From: an uncultured Verrucomicrobiota bacterium
GTDB lineage: Bacteria > Verrucomicrobiota > Verrucomicrobiia > Limisphaerales > J093
Assembly: GCA_964472515.1 (NCBI GenBank)
Contig: CAYYMW010000001.1
Location: forward strand, 33,528 to 97,527
DNA: 64,000 nt
Direction of reading: 5' to 3'
Every line of letters begins with the position of its first letter. Positions within the stretch are counted from its first letter, which is position 1. The notes below the pieces were generated by a model. It had not been told where the DNA came from, ran no database searches, and was given only the letters and a program-made list of their open reading frames with translations. The position numbers and the translations under genes were made by a program. Shown piece after piece: positions 52,473-61,128 of this stretch.

Positions 52473-53720
52473 ATGAAGAAACAATTCGCAGCTCTGTATC
52501 TGGTGTTTGCGTTTGGCAGCGTCGCCGCCATGGCGGCAACCAACACGCCCGTGCCACCCGGCAAACAGGTGGAGAATCTGACTCTCGACCTGGCATTGGA
52601 CATGGCCGAGAATCTGCAACCCCAAATCGCCGAGGCCAAAGCGCTGGTCGAGGCCGCCGAAGGGCGGGCCAGACAGGCCGGCGCATTTCCCAATCCCGAA
52701 GCCATCGTGGGCGCACAGCAGCTTCCGCTTTCGGGCAACCAACCCAACGAGAAAGAGTATGTGGCTGGCGTGGGACAAACCATCCCGCTCAGCCGCCGTC
52801 TCTCGACGGCGCGCGAAGCGGAACTCCTGGACCGCGAGGTCCGGGCGCGTGGTCTGGAGGTAAAGCGGCGGGAGATTCGGAGGCGGGTTCACAACGCCTT
52901 CGCGACCGCGCTCTACCAGGAGAAAGCGTGGCAGGCGCAAAGCGACATTCAGCAGAACGCGGCAAAGGCCGTGGCGGCTACGGGAGCGCGTGTCGAGGCT
53001 GGGGACACCGTGAGGGACGACCTGGCGCGCGTGGAGATGGAACTGGCCCGGGCCAAGGTCGAGTTGCAACGAACGGAGTCATTACGCGCGCAAGCGCTGG
53101 TCGGGTTGGCCTCAGCCATCGGCGATGCCACACTTACGGTGAAGTCGCTCGCAGGGGCGCTGGACGCCACGTTCGAGATTCCAGCCCTCGAAGGTCTGGT
53201 GGCTAACCTTTCGGCCCAGCCGGAAAGTGCGCAGGCGGATGCGGACATTCGCGCGCGGGTGGCGCGGGTGGATTTGGCCAAAGCCGAGCGGATTCCCGAC
53301 GTGAAGGTGGAACTGCTCTATCACCGTCTGGAGGCGAGCAGCGCCAATACATTCGACGTGGGCCTGAGCATTCCTTTGCCGCTGTTCAATCGCAACCAGG
53401 GGAAACTGCGCGAAGCCCGAGCCGAACAGGCGGCGGCCGAGGCGCGGGCGCGCATGACTCAGAATGAACTGAGCGCGCGGCTGCGCGAGTCTTACCTGCA
53501 ACTCACGGCGGCGCTGGCCAACAGTCAGACCTTGAAGACGGAAATCCTCGGTCGGGCCGACACCGTCCTGAAGACGGCCGAAGCCCGCTATGCTGCCGGG
53601 GATATCAACCTGACCGAAGTCCTACCAGTTCGCCGCGATTGGGCGGCGGTTCAGTTGAGCTACCTGGAATCGCTGCGCGAGGTAATGCAGGCGTGGGCGG
53701 AAGTGAAGAGCTTTCAATAA
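52473..53720 (+). CDS. outer-membrane efflux protein (TolC family)
   Basis: ATG 52473 gives the signal peptide 'MKKQFAALYLVFAFGSVAAMA'; TTG 52458 is an alternative start. Two OEP repeats. Last gene of a B-A-C-ordered operon. Confidence 0.85.
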   Translation: MKKQFAALYLVFAFGSVAAMAATNTPVPPGKQVENLTLDLALDMAENLQPQIAEAKALVEAAEGRARQAGAFPNPEAIVGAQQLPLSGNQPNEKEYVAGVGQTIPLSRRLSTAREAELLDREVRARGLEVKRREIRRRVHNAFATALYQEKAWQAQSDIQQNAAKAVAATGARVEAGDTVRDDLARVEMELARAKVELQRTESLRAQALVGLASAIGDATLTVKSLAGALDATFEIPALEGLVANLSAQPESAQADADIRARVARVDLAKAERIPDVKVELLYHRLEASSANTFDVGLSIPLPLFNRNQGKLREARAEQAAAEARARMTQNELSARLRESYLQLTAALANSQTLKTEILGRADTVLKTAEARYAAGDINLTEVLPVRRDWAAVQLSYLESLREVMQAWAEVKSFQ

Positions 53721-53725
53721 CACAC

Positions 53726-54682
53726 ATGAACATTGATCACCTGCAACACTCGCACGACTACGCAGTGGACTCCTCGTCCGCTGAGCGACGCACCCGCTTT
53801 GTCATCGCCATCACCGCCACCATGATGGTGGTCGAGATCGCGGCAGGCATTGTCTATGGCTCAATGGCGCTGCTGGCTGACGGCTGGCACATGAGCACGC
53901 ACGTCGCCGCCTTCCTCATCACAGCGATGGCTTACAACTTCAGTCGGAAACACGCGAAGGATGCGCGTTACAGTTTCGGCACGGGCAAGATGGGAGTGCT
54001 GGGTGGTTTCGCCAGCGCCGTGGTGCTGGCGGTGATCGCGCTCCTCATGGCCGGGGAGTCCGTCCACCGGTTCTTCGCGCCTCAGCCAATTCACTTCAAT
54101 CAGGCCATTGGGGTGGCGATCATCGGGCTCGTGGTCAATCTGGTCTGCGCCTGGCTGCTCAGGGATGAGCCTCACCACCACAGCCACGCGCACGGACATG
54201 AACATGGCCACGACCACGGGCACGGGCATGGCGACCTGAATCTGCGCGCCGCCTACATTCACGTCCTCGCGGACGCCCTCACTTCCGTGACGGCCATCGT
54301 CGCCTTGACCGCCGGCAAGTTCCTGGGTTGGAACTGGCTCGACCCGGTGATGGGCATCGTCGGAAGTGTCATCGTTTCCGTTTGGGCCTACGGATTAATG
54401 CGCGACACCAGCGGCATCCTCCTGGATCGCACACCGGAATTCTCCGACCTGACACAGGAGATTCGCCGCGCGGTCGAAAGCGATGGCGATTCGCGCATTT
54501 GGGATCTCCACATCTGGCAGGTGGCATCGGGCAAGTTCGCCGCCATCGTCTGCATCGTGGCCCGCGACGCGAAGCCCGTGGAGACTTACCGCGAGTTGTT
54601 CCGCGAGCACGAGGAACTTGTTCACATCACCGTTGAAGTCCAACGCTACAAGGAGCATGAAGCGTCTCCAGCAAGGGCTTGA
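53726..54682 (+). CDS. czcD: cation diffusion facilitator (CzcD/ZitB-like)
   Basis: Start at ATG 53726. 'LLADGWHMSTH', a His-rich loop 'HHHSHAHGHEHGHDHGHGHG' and 'HVLADALTSV' are CDF signatures. Confidence 0.9.
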   Translation: MNIDHLQHSHDYAVDSSSAERRTRFVIAITATMMVVEIAAGIVYGSMALLADGWHMSTHVAAFLITAMAYNFSRKHAKDARYSFGTGKMGVLGGFASAVVLAVIALLMAGESVHRFFAPQPIHFNQAIGVAIIGLVVNLVCAWLLRDEPHHHSHAHGHEHGHDHGHGHGDLNLRAAYIHVLADALTSVTAIVALTAGKFLGWNWLDPVMGIVGSVIVSVWAYGLMRDTSGILLDRTPEFSDLTQEIRRAVESDGDSRIWDLHIWQVASGKFAAIVCIVARDAKPVETYRELFREHEELVHITVEVQRYKEHEASPARA

Positions 54683-54847
54683 CGGTGAGGTTGGCTAGCG
54701 ACCTGCCGGCGAGCGCGCCCGACTGGACCAATTTGTAGTGTCCGCCCTTTAGCTCAACGTCCTTTACCCGGTTCGGGCATTGAGCTGGCGGCGGCACTGT
54801 GTTCCACCTACACCGCATGAGGGAGTGGACTGCGCAGTATTCGGTTC

Positions 54848-57700
54848 GTGGTCACGGCCAAGACGCAATACAACCTCAAGAATGCGCGGCAATACTTTGA
54901 GGAACACCTGTGTGTCGGCGACTACTATGACGAGGGGCAGCGCGTTTCCGGCGAGTGGCAGGGTTTGGGCGCGGCGCAGCTTGGGTTAGTTGGTCGAGTT
55001 CGTGCGGATGATTTTCTTCGCCTGTGCGAGAATCAGCATCCCGCTACGGGCGAAACACTGACCCAGCGACTGAACACCACACGGGCTGATGGCGACGGCA
55101 ACGCAGCGAACCGAAGGATATTCTACGACTTCACTTTCTCCCCACCGAAGTCGGTTTCACTGGCTGGATTTCTCGGCGAGGACACGCGCGTGCTGGAAGC
55201 TCATGCTCGGGCGGTGAAGTCGGCATTGCGCGAGTTCGAGGCCTTCGCCGCCACGCGCATCCGCGCAGGCGGTGAACATTCCGACCGGCGCACCGGGAAC
55301 TTTGCTGCCGCCTTGTTCGTTCATGACACCTCGCGAGCACTCGATCCGCACCTGCACACCCACTGCATCGTCTTCAACGCCACCTTCGACGCTTCCGAGA
55401 ATTGCTGGAAGGCGCTTCAGAATTACGAACTTCTGCGCGCCCGCAAGTTCGCCGAGAATGCCTACTACCATGAACTCGCCCGTGAGTTGCGCGGTTCCGG
55501 GTATCGCATTCGCAATCTGTCCCGTGGGGATTTCCAGATTGAGGGCATTCCCGTTGAACTGTGTGACCGCTTTTCCAAGCGTGACGCTGAGATTGATAAA
55601 GCTCTGGCGAAGCTGCTTGCGGACAAGCCCGAACTGGCGGGTTCAAACATCGCCGAACTGCGGGCGCGGCTGGCGACGGAAAAACGGACGCGAAAGCAGA
55701 AGGATCTGAGTCGCGATGAGCTGCGGTCGTTATGGAGCGCTCAATTGAGTCAGGCTGAACGTGAACTCTTGCGCGGGTTGACCAAAGCCGTGACCGAGGG
55801 TGAGAAACGACGCGCGTCCAATTCGGTTGTCGAGGCGGTTCAGTGGGCGGAGGAGCATCTGTTTGACCGCAACTCGGTCGTGCTGGAATGCCAGGTGTGG
55901 CAGGAAGCGTTGGGCCGGGCGCGCGGCGAGGATTTCTCCTTGGCTGAACTCAAGCAACTCACCGAGCGGCGTGGTTACATCCGTGACGCAAATCGTCCCG
56001 GTGAATTGACCAAGCGCGACGTGCTGTTGCGGGAGTGGGAAATTGTTCACACTGCCAAGGAAGGTGTCGGTGACTGCTGGCCGCTCGTGCCCAATCCCCA
56101 GCCCGCCAATCCAAAGCTGGATGACGAGCAGCGCAAGGCGCTTGATGGATTGCTCGGGTCGACGAATCTGGTTTCTGTCTTTCGAGGCGGCGCGGGCACA
56201 GGGAAGAGTTTTGTGCTGCATGAGTTGGCCCAACAAATCCAGCAATCGGGACGACCCGTGGCTGTTCTCGCACCGCAGCGTCAGCAAGTCGTGGATATGG
56301 AAAAGGCGGGGTTTCCGCCCCCGGCGACGGTCGCCAGCTTTCTCACCAAGGCTGAATTGCCGGAGCGCGCCGTAATCGTCGTTGATGAAGCCGGGCAGAT
56401 TGGCGGGCGGCAAATGCTGGCTTTGCTCCGGCTCGCCAAGGAACGGAATGCGCGCGTCGTCCTTTCTGGCGACACCCGGCAGCACGGTGCGGTGGAAGCA
56501 TCGGACGCGTTGCTCGCCATCGAGCGTCATGCGGGTGTGAAGCCGGTGGAGTTGCATACAATTCGCCGCCAAGACCCCGGCCTTGGTCGCGACAACAGCG
56601 AGCGCGCCAGCATCAAGCGGTATCGAAAAGCGGTTGAATCGGCGGCGGCGGGAAGATTGGCGGAATCATTCAAGCGTCTCGACCAGATGGGCGCTGTCGT
56701 CGGCTGTAGCTTGGGCGAACAAGCCGACAAGCTCGCCGACGAATACGTTCGTCTCGCGGAACAGAGCGCCTCGGCGGTCGTGGTGTCCCAGACCTGGGGT
56801 GAAGTGCATCGCGTGAATATGCGCGTGCGCGAAGCACTCAAGGCGAAGGGATTGCTCGGCGCGAGTGATACCACGGTTCAAGCGCTCGAACGCGTGGACC
56901 TGACCAATGCGCAGAAGCGCGATGAACGATTCTACCCGCAAGACGCGGTGATCGTATTCAACCAGAAGGTGCGCGAAGCCGACGCCGGGGCGAAAGGCAA
57001 ATTGTCTGGAATCCTCAAAACCGGGCTGCTCGTGGACGTCGGCGGACGATTCGTCACCGTGTCGAACAAGATGCTCGACCGCATTTCGGTCTGTCAGATG
57101 CTCGAAGTTGCGATTGCCCCCGGCGACCGGCTGCATCTGAAGGCTAATCGGAAGCTGGCATCCGGTGGCCGCGTTACGAACGGAGAGTTGGTCGCGGTGA
57201 AATCTGTTCGTGGCGATGGCGGCATCGAGCTCGCCGACGGTCGGGTCTTGGACGCGAACTTCCGCGAATTCCTGCCGGGCTACGCTATCACGTCCTATGC
57301 TTCACAAGGCAAGACAGTGGATTACGTCTTGTTTTCCGACTCCACCATCAAGGCCGCTACGAATGCGCAGCAATGGTATGTGACCATTTCGCGCGGTCGG
57401 CGCGGCATCCAAATCTTCACGCCGGACAAAGAGCAGTTGCGCGAGAATGTGACCCGCTCTGGACATCGCCTCTTGGCAATGGAACTCGCGGCCGGGTTAA
57501 CTCCTCGTTCCGGCGTGCTCCTATGGGATCGGCTGCACGGCTATATGTTGCGCTTTGGCCGTCGTGCCGCTGACAGCTTCTGTCGTCTGAGACTTTCCCG
57601 TCGTCGTCATCAACCCACTGAAACCCATGAGCACGAAATCACCCGAATGTTGGGCGAGCGACCCGAACGCTCGCGCGGTCAAAATCGAAGTATCGGCTGA
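54848..57700 (+). CDS. MobF/TrwC-family conjugative relaxase with RecD-like helicase domain
   Basis: 950 aa. N-terminal 'ARQYFEEHL..GDYY'. His triad 'HDTSRALDPHLHTHCIVFN'. Helicase Walker A 'GGAGTGKS'. Confidence 0.9.
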   Translation: MVTAKTQYNLKNARQYFEEHLCVGDYYDEGQRVSGEWQGLGAAQLGLVGRVRADDFLRLCENQHPATGETLTQRLNTTRADGDGNAANRRIFYDFTFSPPKSVSLAGFLGEDTRVLEAHARAVKSALREFEAFAATRIRAGGEHSDRRTGNFAAALFVHDTSRALDPHLHTHCIVFNATFDASENCWKALQNYELLRARKFAENAYYHELARELRGSGYRIRNLSRGDFQIEGIPVELCDRFSKRDAEIDKALAKLLADKPELAGSNIAELRARLATEKRTRKQKDLSRDELRSLWSAQLSQAERELLRGLTKAVTEGEKRRASNSVVEAVQWAEEHLFDRNSVVLECQVWQEALGRARGEDFSLAELKQLTERRGYIRDANRPGELTKRDVLLREWEIVHTAKEGVGDCWPLVPNPQPANPKLDDEQRKALDGLLGSTNLVSVFRGGAGTGKSFVLHELAQQIQQSGRPVAVLAPQRQQVVDMEKAGFPPPATVASFLTKAELPERAVIVVDEAGQIGGRQMLALLRLAKERNARVVLSGDTRQHGAVEASDALLAIERHAGVKPVELHTIRRQDPGLGRDNSERASIKRYRKAVESAAAGRLAESFKRLDQMGAVVGCSLGEQADKLADEYVRLAEQSASAVVVSQTWGEVHRVNMRVREALKAKGLLGASDTTVQALERVDLTNAQKRDERFYPQDAVIVFNQKVREADAGAKGKLSGILKTGLLVDVGGRFVTVSNKMLDRISVCQMLEVAIAPGDRLHLKANRKLASGGRVTNGELVAVKSVRGDGGIELADGRVLDANFREFLPGYAITSYASQGKTVDYVLFSDSTIKAATNAQQWYVTISRGRRGIQIFTPDKEQLRENVTRSGHRLLAMELAAGLTPRSGVLLWDRLHGYMLRFGRRAADSFCRLRLSRRRHQPTETHEHEITRMLGERPERSRGQNRSIG

Positions 57701-57959
57701 ACAAAGCCTGCTTCTGCCTTTCGATCAGTTCGCCTTCGCTGAACTCAAGAACGAAGGGAAGGAGCAGCGTCTCCGATTGGTCTTCGCCACGCACGAGGTC
57801 TTGATTCGCGGCCACTCCCTGCGCCGCATCGAAACCGGGATGCAGCGGATGGAACTTTCCTTCCTCATGGCGCTGCCAGCCAATCAACGGTCACTCGTGC
57901 CGGACGGTCAGCCCGTAGTTCGTGAGATCGTGGTCACCGAAGCCGAGAAGGAGCGGTAG
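57627..57959 (+). CDS. hypothetical protein
   Basis: 110-aa ORF overlapping the relaxase 3' end by 74 nt. No recognisable domain. Confidence 0.35.
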   Translation: MSTKSPECWASDPNARAVKIEVSAEQSLLLPFDQFAFAELKNEGKEQRLRLVFATHEVLIRGHSLRRIETGMQRMELSFLMALPANQRSLVPDGQPVVREIVVTEAEKER

Positions 57960-58002
57960 CGACCTGCAAGCGGCTCGGAATGATCCGTCCGCCGAACACA
58001 AT

Positions 58003-58021
58003 TCCTCAAATGCTTTGAGGA
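58003..58021. terminator. hairpin between convergent genes (candidate bidirectional terminator)
   Basis: 'tcctcaaa'-tgc-'tttgagga' forms an 8-bp perfect stem with a 3-nt loop. It lies between stop 57959 (+) and stop 58074 (-). Confidence 0.4.
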
Positions 58022-58073
58022 TTGATGTGCCATGAGGATGAAAATGGCTTCCAATTGCGGAAGCCGAGGGCGG

Positions 58074-58619
58074 CTAGCTGTAAAAGTAGCCAAGACTGCG
58101 AAGACTGGTGTGGTTTGGGTTTCCAACAACGATGTGATCGAGAACTTCGATTTTGAGAAGTTGGCCCGCTCGAATGAGGTCACGGGTGATTTTGATGTCG
58201 GCCTCGGATGGAGTCGGCTCGCCGCTCGGATGATTGTGCGCGATGATGATTGCGGCGGCGCTCGCCATGATGGCTAAACGGAATACCTCCCTGGGATGAC
58301 AGAGAATGGTATCCATCGTTCCAATGGACACCAGGTAGTGGCCTTTGATACGGCGGCGGGTGTTGAGGATGAAAACCACCAAACATTCACATTCAGAATT
58401 GAAGTAAGGATGGGTCGCGATGTGCGCTTTCCAATAGGCGGCTGCCTGATCCGGTGTTTCGCACTGTTGCATAGTATCGGGCGTGGGACATTCCCGCAGT
58501 GAAACGATTTTCCATTCCTGCGGTTGAGCCGGGAATTTGATCGGCTTGACGATGCTGTTCGTGGGTTGTGGAGCGATTACAGGGCATCCAGTGGAGATGA
58601 GGTTTTCCGTTGTGTTCAT
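58074..58619 (-). CDS. radC: RadC-family JAB/MPN-domain protein
   Basis: Start at ATG 58619 (MNTTENL...). 'IIIAHNHPSGEPTPSEADIKITRDL' is the JAMM motif typical of RadC. Confidence 0.85.
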   Translation of the reverse strand: MNTTENLISTGCPVIAPQPTNSIVKPIKFPAQPQEWKIVSLRECPTPDTMQQCETPDQAAAYWKAHIATHPYFNSECECLVVFILNTRRRIKGHYLVSIGTMDTILCHPREVFRLAIMASAAAIIIAHNHPSGEPTPSEADIKITRDLIRAGQLLKIEVLDHIVVGNPNHTSLRSLGYFYS

Positions 58620-58975
58620 GTTTTGCGTTTCGTTCTGAAGGAGCGGGACTGCTCTCTTCACCTGCCCCGAGAGAGCAGCCCCGCTCCTGGCGAAACGCAC
58701 CCGCCTGTGCCCGTGCCGCCGGGCGGCGGAGCATCAGCAACGAAGTGACAGCGGGCGAAAAGATGTTTCGACCGCTGGCGCGAGGTTGCGCGGAGCAACC
58801 AGAGGCGCGGGCACGGGCGGGATGAACACGACGGATTACCTCATCGGCGGATGCCAGGCATGCGCTGCATCCTCTTCGGCGAATCTGACACTCTGACCAT
58901 CACTGAAGCAATGTTGCGAGGTTGCAGACGCATCTTGCAGGCTTGCCCTGATTTCACGTGGTTTCGGAGGGTTTT

Positions 58976-58998
58976 AGTGCCAGCAAAAGTGCCAGCAA
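58976..58998 (+). repeat. two direct copies of AGTGCCAGCAA spaced 12 nt start-to-start
   Basis: 58976-58986 and 58988-58998 are identical. A further GAGTAAT x2 pair lies at 59034-59040 and 59045-59051 (11-nt phasing), in the AT-richer gap between radC and int. Confidence 0.5.
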
Positions 58999-59206
58999 CG
59001 TCTCACTGAACGGGTTGTTTCCTCCTAATTGTTGAGTAATGGCAGAGTAATCAACGACTTGACGAAACGCTCAGGAAAGGGCCATTTTACAGGCGATTTC
59101 GCTGCCTGTCAGGCGATGGGCCTGAGATTGCGGGAGTTGTGATTGGACGGTGTGTTGGGACTGAAAGCACCAATTCCTGTCCGATCCCGACCTCCGCCTT
59201 GTCCAA

Positions 59207-60760
59207 TTAAACTCCGATTTTGACCCCGTTATTAAAGTCGTTGTTTGTTCTGCGGTTCTGCGCCGGAACCTCCGCCTGGTTGGGGACGATTTCCGTGGTT
59301 TGGTCAGAGAGTAGATTCCCGACAGGAAGAGCTGCACGTTGGCGTGGGTCGGTGTAATGGCTGGCCGTCATTTGAATCGTTGAGTGTCGGAGTTGAGCAC
59401 TGCCGGCGAAAATGCCGTTTCGCTTAACGATGGCATCGCCAAAAAGTTTCCGCAGTTCGTGGACTTTTTTCCTGGCGGAGATGCCGTTGGTCTCCAGCCA
59501 GCCGAGCAGGACCCGCCAGTGTGGCTCACATCGATATCGCTGATACATCACCGGCTTCCAGCCGCGCGTTGAGTTTACCACAAAGGCTTCCGAGTCCTGC
59601 ATCTTGAAGCTCAACAATTCCTTCATGAGCGGCGGATCGACATACACGGTCCCGCCAGAGCCGTGTTTGGGTTCAATGAACTCGTTGGCTTCAATGCGAA
59701 TAGAATTGTCCTCGGAGCTTAACTGGGTCCAGAGGCAAACATCCGCCTCGGCCCGGCGAAGGCCAGCACATAGGCACAACAAGAACAGCTTGTAGGCTTC
59801 GGGATGGTTTGTGCGAAGCTCAGTGCGGGCGTTGGTGACGAGCTTTTCGTAAGTGACACCGGCAGGAGTCTGGAACTTCATTGAACCCACTCGCTCGAAG
59901 TCCACAGTGTCGAACCAATACGCCTCCCGTTCCCCGAGTTGGCCGTCTGGCACTTTGAACCTGGGAACCTTAACTGCGAAGTTCGGTTTGTTGATGATCT
60001 TCGAACTGAAGAGGCTCTTGCAGTGGCGCAACGCACTGTTGAAAGACCGATTCACCTCAAGTTTGCGGCGGGGGTCACTACCGGCGCGCCGCAAATAGGC
60101 AATCTTCCAATCGGCTACGGCGGCCGGCGTGATGGCTGAAAGAGGTATGGCATCCACTCTCTCCCGCCAACTGGTCAAGCCGCCGCCGTAGTAATTGTAG
60201 CGCGAGGCGTCCGTTTTCACTCCCTGAATGTGAGCCGCCAGCATCCGGAAGTATTGGGCATAGCGACGGAATGTTTTCGTCTTGAGATTCGATGTTCTCT
60301 CGACCTCAGCGATGAAGTTTCCCACGGTTGGACCGACTTCGCTACGCACGGCCTCGACAACAGACTTCGGGGCGAGTTCCGCCAGAGTCGCTGACCAACC
60401 TTTGGCGACAAGTGACAAGTAGATGTCACGCGCTTTCAATGCGGCTTCTTCTTTCAACGCTGTACCAAGGGCCAGCCGCTTTCTGATTCCCCCGAACTTC
60501 ATCCGAACCGAGTACTCGGGCACCTCCAGGGTTTTCCCTTCGTACTCGTAGGTCCTCCGTTCGACGCGCGCACGCCAGAAGGCAACGTGGGTCTTGGGGA
60601 CAGAATGAGGGCGCACCACTTCATCACCACCGCGCGATTCATTTCGGTCGGTGCTTACGTCGCCGGGGCGAAGCTTGGGAATTCTCGCCGCGTTCATGTT
60701 CTCAACACTTACCGCCGAGAGCATGTGACTTATGGCGACTCGCGTTGGTGTAGCTAGCAC
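59207..60760 (-). CDS. tyrosine recombinase / integrase
   Basis: 517-aa ORF. The GTG start is uncertain; internal Met candidates exist. C-terminal catalytic motifs 'VHELRKLFG' and 'LRHSTIQMTASHYTD'. Confidence 0.85.
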   Translation of the reverse strand: MLATPTRVAISHMLSAVSVENMNAARIPKLRPGDVSTDRNESRGGDEVVRPHSVPKTHVAFWRARVERRTYEYEGKTLEVPEYSVRMKFGGIRKRLALGTALKEEAALKARDIYLSLVAKGWSATLAELAPKSVVEAVRSEVGPTVGNFIAEVERTSNLKTKTFRRYAQYFRMLAAHIQGVKTDASRYNYYGGGLTSWRERVDAIPLSAITPAAVADWKIAYLRRAGSDPRRKLEVNRSFNSALRHCKSLFSSKIINKPNFAVKVPRFKVPDGQLGEREAYWFDTVDFERVGSMKFQTPAGVTYEKLVTNARTELRTNHPEAYKLFLLCLCAGLRRAEADVCLWTQLSSEDNSIRIEANEFIEPKHGSGGTVYVDPPLMKELLSFKMQDSEAFVVNSTRGWKPVMYQRYRCEPHWRVLLGWLETNGISARKKVHELRKLFGDAIVKRNGIFAGSAQLRHSTIQMTASHYTDPRQRAALPVGNLLSDQTTEIVPNQAEVPAQNRRTNNDFNNGVKIGV

Positions 60761-60861
60761 ACAACCGGTCGCTGCTCACGGCCAGCAACGCTGGGGGTGA
60801 TGGCAGGATCAGATGTGAGAGGCGGCGCGGGAAGGAGGGGAACAGGGTCGGCTTTAGAAGT

Positions 60862-60883
60862 TTCTGGGCCACTTCTGGGCCAC
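60862..60883 (+). repeat. perfect tandem duplication of TTCTGGGCCAC (2 x 11 nt)
   Basis: 60862-60872 equals 60873-60883. Lies between the int start (60760) and the tRNA fragment (61034), where arm-type recombinase sites would be expected. Confidence 0.5.
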
Positions 60884-61033
60884 TTTTTCGGTCGTGGTCA
60901 GTTGTGATGAGTTGCAGCGAGAGAACGCCGCGTTTTCAAGAATCGTCAAAAACCATTGATACCATTGGGGTTACCGCAACCCAGCGCAACTGAAGACAAC
61001 TGCCCGAAACTCCTTGTTCCCCCCGGTTTTCAA

Positions 61034-61079
61034 ACTCATAATCGCTTGGTCCTCGGTTCGAATCCGAGTGGGCCCACCA
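61034..61079 (+). other. 3' fragment of a tRNA with CAU anticodon (Met or Ile2); putative att junction
   Basis: 'ACTCATAATCGCTTGGTC' covers the anticodon loop CTCATAA, 3' stem and variable loop, and is identical to my recollection of E. coli ileX. It is followed by T arm 'CTCGG-TTCGAAT-CCGAG', 'TGGGCCC', and A-CCA. No matching 5' acceptor, D arm or 5' anticodon stem lies upstream. Confidence 0.6.
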
Positions 61080-61128
61080 TTCCGCGGGCGTCCGTCATAG
61101 CGCCGCCAAGGGCGCAACACGAATTCGG

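Larger units (their letters stand above)
1..61079. mobile_element. Integrated conjugative/mobilizable element (right-hand part; left end outside the window) with ~50 kb metal-resistance cargo
   Basis: Coupling protein and ParA-like genes (609-3145), MobF relaxase (54848-57700), RadC, tyrosine integrase (59207-60760) and a tRNA 3' fragment (61034-61079) at the junction. Genes right of 61080 look chromosomal. Confidence 0.6.

Noticed and set aside
54818-54845. TGAGGGAGTGG just upstream of the relaxase start
   Set aside because: The nearest GTA-type element (AGTATT) follows after only 7 nt instead of 11, so the bipartite geometry is broken.
58964-58998. GGAGGGTTTTA, which matches the -35 half of the regulon promoter
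   Set aside because: The sequence 11 nt downstream is AGTGCC, with no GTA core. No gene lies downstream in that orientation before the integrase 3' end.
61003-61079. Attempt to fold a complete 77-nt tRNA ending at the CCA
   Set aside because: No 5' acceptor strand complementary to TGGGCCC, no D arm, and the 5' anticodon stem (TCAAA) cannot pair with TCGCT. Only the 3' 46 nt are tRNA-like.
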